Shown: one piece after another, positions 1-9,768 of the stretch | Numbering within the stretch: position 1 is the stretch's first letter | How the letters are laid out: every line of letters starts with the position of its first letter | Made by a program: the position numbers and the translations under genes | NCBI GenBank assembly: GCA_002269645.1 | Contig: NIVC01001732.1 | Location: 1-32,375 of the forward strand | Reading direction: 5' to 3' | Length of the DNA: 32,375 bases | Origin: Macrostomum lignano | Lineage: Eukaryota | Notes under the pieces: generated by a model | What the model was told of the DNA's origin: nothing | What the model saw: only the letters and a program-made list of their open reading frames with translations | Database searches by the model: none

Positions 1-3000
1 CGATGACAATAAAAAGTGTATTTCAATACAAAACAACGCCACCAACTACTCCAGAGCCTACCACGTACAGGGCGAACTTGTGACCAGGCCTTTCAATACT
101 ACTATCAGAGCACCCAGTTCGCGTCCCCAACCTTCATTCTGCCATTCTTCGGCCTTGGCCAAATGTACCTGTACCGTCGGATCAGGACAATGCCGCTCTT
201 GCATTTGAAAAAGTGCTCAAAGCGTCGCCTAGCAACTATGAGACGCTGAAAATTCTTGCAGCATCTACAGTCAGAGCAAGGATCAGGCTAAGCGAACATT
301 GGCTAGGGAACTACCCAAGCAGGTTACGGATCAGTTTCCTGACGATGTGGAAGCCTGGATTGAGTATGGCCAGATTCTTGAGCAGCCTCAAACCGCAGGA
401 GGCTCTCGCTGCCTACAAGACTGCCGTGAAACTGCTGCAGGAGCAGGTGCAGGTGGATCTGGCCGCCTGAGATACTCAATAATATGGCTTCTCTGCTCTT
501 CCAGAATGGCAGTCATCAGGAGGCTATACAGTGCTACCAACAGGTTGGAATCGTACTATTACAGTCTATGTGTTCTAGGCCTGTCAGATCCTCAGGTTTT
601 TGGGGTTGCTTGGTTGCCACCTCGGTGTTTGGGTTGCTTGGTTGCCACCCTGTCAGCTCCTCAGGTGTTTGGGGTTGCTACCCTCCCAGTCCCAGATTGC
701 CAGGTGTTAAGTTAATTTCTGATGCTGCCCAGATGTCCAGACCAGCTCAATCGTGAGTGCAACCCATGATGCCCGCAGGCTTTGGCCTACTGCGAACGGG
801 AGCGACAGACAGACGAGCGCTACTACGGCTCCATCACTGTCACGGTTCGGTACAATTTGGCCCGCCTATACGAGACTGTGTTTGAGCACGACAAAGCCGA
901 GCTACTGTACAAATCCGTGCTTAGGGAGCACACTAATTATGCCGATTGCTACCTGAGGCTTGGCTGCATGGCCAGAGATCGAGGCCAGATCTACAGCGCA
1001 TCGGATTGGTTCAAGGATGCGCTTAATGTAAGATTTGCTGCCATTTTGGGGTTGGATGTAAAGTTATTAGGATTTCGATACATATCGGCAAAACATGTGA
1101 TGCAGCATCTAAGGTTAATTTTAGGCTTAGGGGTACATATCAGCTAAATATAGAAATCTCGCAAACATATTAACTTTTTCAATACATATCGGCATAATCT
1201 CTCGATAATGGCGGGCTCTGGAAAATCTTGTTTTAGATGTACTTATTATTTTTTTCGATGCATATCGATCAAAGCATGTATATTCTTAGATCAGACAGTG
1301 TATAAACGATTTCCCACTTCACTAATTACAACATTAAATTTCGATACATATCGGCACCCAATCGCCAGGTGGACCAGGAGCACCCGGACGCCTGGACCCT
1401 AATCGGCATGCTGCACATGAGCAAGCACGAGTACGGCCCGGCTCAGAAGAAATTCGAGCGCATAATTCAACAGCCGGCGCACACTAACGACGCCTACGCT
1501 CACGTTGCCCTTGGCAACATCTGGCTGCAGACGCTGCATCATCAGATGGCTCGCGACAAGGACAAAGAGCGCCGGCACCAGGAGCGGGCGCTGAGCATGT
1601 ACAAATCTGTGCTCAGACAGGATCCGAGAAATATCTGGGCCGCCCACGGCATCGGTTGCGTGCTGGCGCATAAGGGCTATATCAACGAGGCTAGGGACGT
1701 GTTTGCTCAGGTGAGCTGTTAGTAGGTAACTAGGGCCTAAGGCTGACTTCTGTAATATATTCGATAAATCATTCTCTAAATTATGCACTGGGTTGACAGA
1801 AAGTTTGCTAAGCTAAATGTGAGTAAGCTGCAGTCATGTAAAAGTGCGTTAGCACCATTGTGAGGTGACTTACAGAGAAGTAGATTGAATTCGAAGTGAA
1901 CTAGATTGAGTTTAGAGTACTAGTTTCAGTTAAAGTGCACTAGATTCAGTTAGAGTGAACTAGATTCAATTAGAGTAAACTAGATTCAGTTAGAGTGAAC
2001 TAGATTCAAACAGAGTGTAGTAGATTGAGTTTGGAGTGAACTAGATTCAATTAGAGTGAACTGGATTCAATTATAGTGAACTGGATTCAATTAGAGTGAA
2101 CTGGATTCAATTAGAGTGAACTGGATGCAATTAGAGTGAACTAGATTGGGTTTGGAGTGAACTAGATTGGGTTTGGAGTGAACTAGATTCAGTTAGAGTG
2201 AACTGGATTCAATTAGAGTGAACTATATTCGATCAGAATGAAGTAGATTGAGTTTGGAGTGAACTGGATGCAATTAGAGTAAAGTATATTTGATTAGAGT
2301 GAAATAAGTTTAACTAGAGTGAACTAGATTCAATTAGCGTGAGCTAGATTGAGTTTGGAGTGAACTAAATTGACGCAGAGTGAGCTTTATTTAACTAGGA
2401 CTAAAAATTAAAGCTAGTTAAAAATCTGTATAAGTTCTATTGAACTCCTGTCCGCAGGTTCGGGAAGCCACCGCGGACTTCGCAGACGTGTGGATCAACA
2501 TCGCGCACATTCACGTCGAACAGAAATCATTTGTGGCGGCCGTGCAAATGTACGAGAATTGTATGAAAAAGTTTCACCGGCACAACAATCTGGAACTGTT
2601 GCAGTACCTGGCCAGGGCGTACTTTAAGTCCGGCCAGCTGCGCCAGTGCCGAACTGTGCTGCTCAGGGCCAGGCACGCCCATCCTGCCGACCACACCGTG
2701 ATCTATAATTTGGCTCTGGTGCAGCAGCGGCTGGCCTCTGTCACTCTGCAGGACGAGAAGAGTTCGTATGCTCAGGTGAGCCGCGTACGCAGAGGGGGAT
2801 GGACGAATGACAGGTGCTCAAATTTTGCCATCTCTTCTATGCATCCACCGGCATAGAAGACAGAGACAGGGGTGCTCATCCAACAGACAGGGGTGCTCAC
2901 CCGAGAGACAGGGGCGCCCACCCGAGAGACAGGGGCGCCCACCCGAGAGACAGGGGCGCTCACCCGAGAGACAGGGGCGCTCACCCGAGAGACAGGGCGC

Positions 3001-5791
3001 CCACCCGAGAGACAGGGACGCCCACCAAGATACAGGGGCGCTCACCCGAGAGACAGGGCGCCCACCCGAGAGACAGGCGGCCACCCGAGAGACAGGGGCG
3101 CTCACCCGAGAGACGGGGGCGCCCACCAAAAGACAGGGGCGCTCACCCGAGAGACGGGGGCGCTCACCGAGAGACAGGGGCGCTCACCCGAGAGACAGGG
3201 CGCCCACCCGAGAGACAGGGACGCCCACCAAGATACAGGGGCGCTCACCCGAGAGACAGGGCGCCCACCCGAGAGACAGGCGGCCACCCGAGAGACAGGG
3301 GCGCTCACCCGAGAGACGGGGGCGCCCACCAAGAGACAGGGGCGCTCACCCGAGAGACGGGGGCGCTCACCCGAGAGACAGGGGCGCTCACCCGAGAGAC
3401 AGGGCGCCCACCCGAGAGACAGGGACGCCCACCAAGATACAGGGGCGCTCACCCGAGAGACAGGGCGCCCACCCGAGAGACAGGCGGCCACCCGAGAGAC
3501 AGGGCGCCCAGCAAGAGACAGGGGTGCCTACTATGACCAAATATTTCCGCTCCTTAGGGTTGCACCCCCTCCAAAAAAAATCTCTTTATACGCCACTGCT
3601 GATTTGCCAATTGTAAAGCCAATGAGTTTTTTTTGAGGAAGCCATTGACAGATATAGTTTACTATATTTTAATTTTTATTAGCAAATTAGTTTTTTTACT
3701 TCTGAGATCAGTAGTATTATTGCAAATTCGCGCTATCACCTGCCCAGGTGCAAACCGCCGTTGAGGATCTCAAGTTGGCCCAGCGCTCGTTCCGTTGGCT
3801 GGCCGAGGCGGCCGCTAGCGGCACCAGCAGCGGCGGCGTCAGTTTCCCAGGCGCCGGTCGCGAGTCGGTGGCCTGCGCGGACCTGCTGCGCCAGGCCGAT
3901 TATCACGTCCGTCGGGCGCGCCTGCTGGACGAGCGGGAACGGGCGGCCAGGGAGGAGCAGGCGGCCAAGGTGGCCGCTATGCGCGAACAGGAGATGCGCG
4001 AGGCCGAGGAGAGGCGACAGCGCGAGGCTGAGCGCGAGCAGGCCATCCGTGAGGCCCGCCGGCTGGTGCTAGAGCGGAATCGCAAGCTGCTGGAGGAGCC
4101 GCTGGTGCACATGGCGGAGCCTCCGAGCAGCTCCGGCAAAGGTGGCCGACGCTCCGCCGCTGCCGCCGACCTCAGCGGCGACGAAGAGGGCGGCGGCAAG
4201 CGGAAGCGTCGACGCGGTGGCGGCGGCGAGTCGAAGCAGCGGCGTCGCCAACAGGCCGCCTCGGCCAACGCCGCCGACGACGAGGACGGCCTGACGAAGC
4301 GGCAGCGCGAGAACGTCAAATCGCGCGCCTTCGTCAGCAGCAGCAGCGGCAGCTCGTCGTCTTCTTCCTCGTCTGGCGAAGAGGATGGTCAGGAGGGCGG
4401 CGACGGCGGCGGCAAGTCGAAGAAGTCATCGCCGCCAGCCGCGCCGCCGAGGACCGTCCCGACGCTGGATTCGTCAGGTTCCTCGTCCTCGGATTTGTCT
4501 GACGACGACGACGGAAGCAGCGGCGGTGCGGCGAGTCGCAAGCGGAAGCGCAGGTTTGTTGATTTGCTGTCATGGGGGGCTCGGGACAACTGCTGCAAAA
4601 GTGACAGTCCACTCGCAGCCACCGATGAGGCAAGCAGTTTTGCGGCGTAGGCAGGCCCAATCTCACGCAGGGTGCACAGCGGCCCTGATATTCTCATTGT
4701 TAGGCAAGTGACAAGTGAATTGCACCTGCCCCGGGTCAGCAATTTTGTACGAGCCAACAATTATTGATGATTGCGTAGGGAATCAAACCCGAGCTGTAAC
4801 GGATTGGCGCGGTATTTAAAAAGTTTTAAAAAGGCAAACTATTTTAAACTTAAGGGTTAGATAAACATACACTCGTAGAATCTAGCGCTAGAGTGTAGTC
4901 TAGAGAGAGGAGAGTGGAGACGAGGGGAGAGGAGAGGAAGGGAGAGGAGAGAGAGGGGGAGAGGAAAGAGAAGGAGAGGAGGGGAGAGGGGGAGAAGAGG
5001 GGACATAGGAGAGGAGAGAGAAGAGGAGGGGAGAGGGAAGACTAGGGGGAGGAGAGGAGGCTGAAGAGAGGTGAAAAGGAGACGAGATTAGAGAAAAGAG
5101 AGCTGAGAAGAGGCAAACCAAGAAGAGACAAGAAGAGAGCTGAGAAGAGACAATGCCGAATTGCTATTGTGAAGTTTCAAAGCACCCGAGGGCCGGATAA
5201 ATAGGCTTCGCGGGTTGGAGTTTGCCGAGCCCTGGTCTGAAGAGACTAACATAGCCAGATGCCACTGTGCCGGCGCATTTCCTCTGCAGGCAGTCCAAGG
5301 TGACCACAGAGTCCTCTGCCAAACGGCAGCGTCAGCAGAAGTCGTCCAAAGCCAAGGCCAAAGCCAGGGTCAAGCAGCAGAAGCGCAACAAACGCAAATC
5401 GAAAATGTCGTCTGAGGCCGCTCGCACAGCCGCCAGCATCTTCGGCGGTGGTGGTGGCGGTGGCGGCGACTCGTCCTCGGGCGGTTCGTCTAGCGGCGAC
5501 GATTCCGGAGCTGGCCGCGGCGGCCGAGGTCGCGGCTCGGACTCTGATTCGGACACGGGCGTCGCGTCTCGAGTCCAGCGCTCGAAGCTGCTGTCATCCG
5601 GCTCCGAGTCGGACGAAGAGGCGTCGGTGGCACCCGCTACTGATGCCGATTCTGCCGCCGTCACCGCCGCGGGTGCCGCTAACGTGTCGCCGACAAAACG
5701 ACGCGCCGCGGTGCTGTCCAGCGACGACGATGATGACGAGGACGCCGAGGTGGCGGTGCCGAAAATCTCATCGGGTTCGGACTCGGACTGA
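1..5791 (+). CDS. CTR9: RNA polymerase-associated protein CTR9 homolog (PAF1 complex TPR subunit), 5'-partial, 6 exons in window; first exon has about 5 apparent frameshifts
   Basis: Exons <1-543, 779-1027, 1369-1710, 2458-2775, 3748-4553, 5290-5791 (stop TGA 5789-5791). All introns are GT-AG and phases are consistent (0,0,0,0,2). Peptides closely match metazoan CTR9 as I recall it: [91 protein letters not shown]|[18 protein letters not shown]. These are followed by a charged coiled coil and an S/D-rich tail ending GSDSD. Confidence 0.96.
590..685 (+). repeat. Three degenerate ~30-bp copies in CTR9 intron 544-778
   Basis: cctcaggt(g/t)tttggggttgct(tggttgccac) repeated three times. Confidence 0.7.
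1880..2400 (+). repeat. 20-bp minisatellite (GAGTGAACTAGATTCAATTA) in CTR9 intron 1711-2457
   Basis: About 25 degenerate tandem copies are directly visible. Confidence 0.9.
2860..3525 (+). repeat. GC-rich ~20-21-bp minisatellite (CAGGGGCGCTCACCCGAGAGA) with ~204-bp higher-order period, CTR9 intron 2776-3747
   Basis: Tandem copies are visible. The variant GACGCCCACCAAGATAC recurs at 3017, 3220 and 3424. Confidence 0.92.
4900..5150 (+). repeat. Purine (GA)-rich low-complexity tract in the last CTR9 intron
   Basis: Nearly pure A/G on the + strand. Confidence 0.85.
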
Positions 5792-6207
5792 AGACTTTAT
5801 TTCCAGTGTCTCGATTTCGACAGTGTTTCGGTGTACTTTTAGATCTTAGTTGTAATAATGGGGTTTTTATTAATTTGACTGCGTTCGTGTTTCGATGGGT
5901 CGTGGTCACTGTTTTTGCTTGTTCATTGACATTTGTTCTTAATAATTAATAGCAAACAATATACCCAAGTGCGTATCTTGAATACAAATTTTGAACTCAT
6001 TGTCGTGTTTAAAAAAATTGCGAAGTGATTGCGTCAACTGCGAAACGGTCATGTATTAAAATAAAAATTAAAAGTAATTGTATCAGACGTTGAAGTCAAC
6101 CATAACTAGTGTGTAACGTGTCAATTTTGTTTGAAATTATTCATTTTTTTGTCTTCGTAATTTTATTATGAAATAATAAGTAGCCGTGGTTAATTTAAAT
6201 GTAGCGG

Positions 6208-6397
6208 CAGTAGCGCAACCAGATATTTTTTGAGGGGGGGCGGATTCTGGAGGGTAAAGTCCCGGGAGGGGGCGGGGCGGAGGGTGGCTCTGTTTTTTGG
6301 CGAAAATTCGCTTGGTCCCACCTGTGATTGTTTTTGGGTCTCCGCCTAAGGGGGAGGGGCGAAATACTGATTTGATCTGTGACTGGCGGAGCTACTG
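6208..6397. mobile_element. Possible degenerate non-autonomous DNA transposon with CAGTAGC...GCTACTG termini
   Basis: 7-bp terminal inverted match and a G-rich interior embedded in AT-rich DNA. No TSD was found. Confidence 0.3.
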
Positions 6398-6815
6398 GCA
6401 ATAATGTGAACCTGCTTTCAGTTTTGGTGAAAGTCGGTCAGTTCCAGTTGACGACTGTCAAAAAAGTACAAGTATGCTGCATTAATAATTCTGGAGCGAT
6501 ATTCATGCAATTATGGTACGATATTTGCTGAAGATACTGAAGCGGCTAGAGAAAATGAAAGAAAAAGAAACGTAGTTGATAAGTTATTGATACGTATTAA
6601 GTAGGAATGAAAATGTTTAGTAAAATGAAAATGAATATCATTTAAAAACTAATATCGTGGAAAGCTAAGTTTAAACGAAATAGGTAGAAAATCTTCATAT
6701 TTTGGAATAAAATAATCAAGTCTTTTACGAGTAAATTTTATTTTTAAATTAAACTACTGTATTTGAAAGCAATATTTAAAATTTTATCTATTTTTTTAGC
6801 TCTGCGTGTTTCAGA

Positions 6816-6864
6816 CAAGGACGACTTAAGTAGTCGATTTAAGTGTCTACTTAAGTCGTCCTTG
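6816..6864. mobile_element. 49-bp hairpin mini-element (18-bp perfect inverted repeat) flanked by 8-bp direct repeats
   Basis: CAAGGACGACTTAAGTAG (6816-6833), a 13-nt spacer, then CTACTTAAGTCGTCCTTG (6847-6864). GTTTCAGA occurs at both 6808-6815 and 6865-6872. Confidence 0.55.
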
Positions 6865-9768
6865 GTTTCAGAACGTTCAAGCTATTAACTATTTTGGATT
6901 AATCTTCTTTTATGTAATTGACTTATGCTTATCAGTATACGACAGTATGACTAATTTCTGAGGAATTTTTGAGTTAGTACGACTACACAGACTATATTTT
7001 TTAAGACGTAGGCTATTCGTAAGTCGTTTGCATTACATTTTTGGCGGCTAGGCCTATCTCATCTGCCATAATACAATAACTTGAATAAGTGGGATGGGAT
7101 CACATCACATTGTCATATGCGATATGCCTAGCCTGCCCTGGCCCTGAACATTTATCAAAATTCTATGCCAATGTATGCCGCAAAGCTTCTTATGCCTTCT
7201 TATGGAAGTTATGGCCAATATAATGCTAGTAGAAATATTAAATTAAAGTTGCTAAAAGCCATCTTCTAATTGCCAAACTGGCAAACCCAAATCATTTCAT
7301 GCTAGAAATTTTCCACATACCAGCATATGCCAATGTCTATCCTTCATGACTCCTATCAGGCTGTCACCTATGTGGCCTATCTGTAAAAATAGTTTATTTA
7401 CAGTTAATTGTTAAGTAAATACACTTTTTATAACTCAATTTTTTTAAACTTTAACTAAAGGCCTAAACAAAATAGCCTAGTCAAGTTTTGAATATTTGGA
7501 AGTGTTTTTGTAATGATTGTTTAGGTAAATTCAATTAAATCTAAACTTTTTAATATAATTTAATAATTTAAAGTTAGACTATAAATAGCCAGTAGGTCCT
7601 AGTTATTTCTATTATATTAGCCTCTAGGCCTATTTAACTTAGGCTATAAAGCCTGCTTTGTGCTTAGGCTAGCTTTTTGTGAACCATAGTCCTACTCCTA
7701 AGTATGTAGGCCTATGCATTATGCATACAAGAATACCCCCCACATGTTGCACATGGGAGAGTTAGATCAAATATATCTATTGTGTGCTTATAGACAAGTG
7801 GACTAGGGGGGATGTGTTATAATATATATGCCAAAGGCTAGGCCTATACTAGGTCCTCAATATTAGAAAATATATTCAAAACTTTTAAACAAAAAAGTAT
7901 AGATGAATGACAATTTTAAAAAGGCTTATATTTTATAGTGACCTAAATAAAATAATAATTTTTTATCTTAATATAATAAAAAACAATGTATATTTTAGTG
8001 TCATTTGAAAATACTTACTTTAAAAAAATATCATAGCCATGTCATGTGTAAAGACCCCAAAAATTCCTATGTGGCACAATGCATGACTCTGACAGTAGTA
8101 GGCTATGGCATCCCAAAAAATAGCATATGCTGTTGCAAGGAGCATACCAAAAAACTTTGCCAATGTTTTATGCACATTGTGCATGTAGTACTAAACTACT
8201 TAGGACCTTGTTGCATGTAAGAATTTTCTTCAAAAATAGCATCTTTGGGAATATAGGTTGTGAATATATTATAAGCCATGAATTATCAATATACTAAAAC
8301 TTTGTGTATTGTTCACTATATTACTATTAGATTTCCTAAATTAAATTATATATTGATAGCAATAATTGTATACTTACATAGTTTATAAAATAATAATTGA
8401 GAAAAATACAAATATTAATATTAATCAGTATTAATTTCTTTATTAACTTATCTAAGCAATAGTGACATAGGGGTTACTTCTGTCTTTATAAATAATCTCA
8501 CAATGCCACCAAAGCTGTTGCAGGGCTAATTCCTACATTTTATTACTTAATTTAATTAATTTTGCACATTAACTTTTGCACAAATGGCTGAGCATGACTA
8601 CAAATCTATCTATTTCTGTTGGTAGTGTTTACTTATCTAATGGTAGCATTTGCATATGTATTGGCCTGAGCGGTCTAATGGCACTATCTATTCCTACTAT
8701 CTCTTAGTCCTGGGCATTCCTTGGATCAGAGGGTCACAGCCTTAAGCTCTCTTTCCTTGCCTTAAAGCAATGTTTCTGCCTTGAGGTGCTTTCTGGCTGA
8801 TTAGCGGGCTTTTCAATACTACTCCCAATTTGAGGCTTTACTCTAGAAAATGAATAAGTCTTTAAAAGTTTTGCAAATAAGATTTAATAGAACTAGATTG
8901 GCTATTATTCTTGCGATTTGCAGTGAACAGGGAAGTTTCAAGTTAATTTCCACTGGCGCATTCTAGGCTCCTATTTATATTACTTGTATAGTATATTTAA
9001 AACAAAAAGTTATTTGGTAGAATATTATTTGATTTCACAACATTTAAACAAACATAAAAATATTTTTTGTGTAAATTCAAATACAGTACTTTCTAGGAAA
9101 TGTTTTGTGAACAAATGTTAATACTTATACTAGAAGGCCTTATACTATAAAACAAAGCACACTGCATCAATAGTAATAATTAGACCTCTTAACTTTTTTT
9201 ATTAAAAGGTTTTCTTACACTAATTATGTTTATCTCAAAATGATTAATAGTAGTTAGGTTAAAATTCTAACTCTACCTTCTATTTTCAAATAGGGTCTAG
9301 TCATATATTATTAAAATTTTACCTCTAGTCTAACTCTTAGTCTTAATTATGCTTTCTGATAAAGTTATAAATATATAAATTCAATTCATAAATATACAAT
9401 AGATACAATGATGCATTTTAAAATTAGAAATTACATTGTTCAAATTTGTCAGATTTGTCAAATGAAAAGAAAATTTGTGACCTTAGGGCTTAGGCCTAAT
9501 AATAAAAATACTATAAAATTTTCTATTTAATTAAATATATATATCTAAGTTTCTTCTTATTAAAGAATTGTGTTCAATGAATCATAAACTGGTCTATCAA
9601 GGGATTTTTTATATTTTGCAAAAAGATATATCATAAGACAGTTTCCTGTGCAATTTTCATACTATAAAAATATTTTTCATGAATTTCTAAGCTGGACCAA
9701 TATTACTAAAATACTGCAAGTCACAAGGGGCAGCTACAGTCCAGCTGTCCAGTCATCAATCCGCTGTG

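Noticed and set aside
2807-3636. Overlapping 240-270 aa ORFs in three frames (RDRGAHP, ERQGR, TRETG repeats)
   Set aside because: All frames are open because of the GC-rich minisatellite, and the CTR9 peptide joins cleanly across 2775/3748 without it.
3903-5909. Minus-strand ORFs opposite CTR9 exons (similarly opposite TACC exons and + strand ORFs opposite the nested gene)
   Set aside because: They are antisense shadows of GC-rich coding sequence, with no independent motifs.
8005-8220. 71-aa Cys/His-rich ORF
   Set aside because: It is short, starts at a non-ATG codon, shows no recognisable domain spacing, and Cys/His/Met enrichment is expected in TG/CA-rich CpG-depleted DNA.
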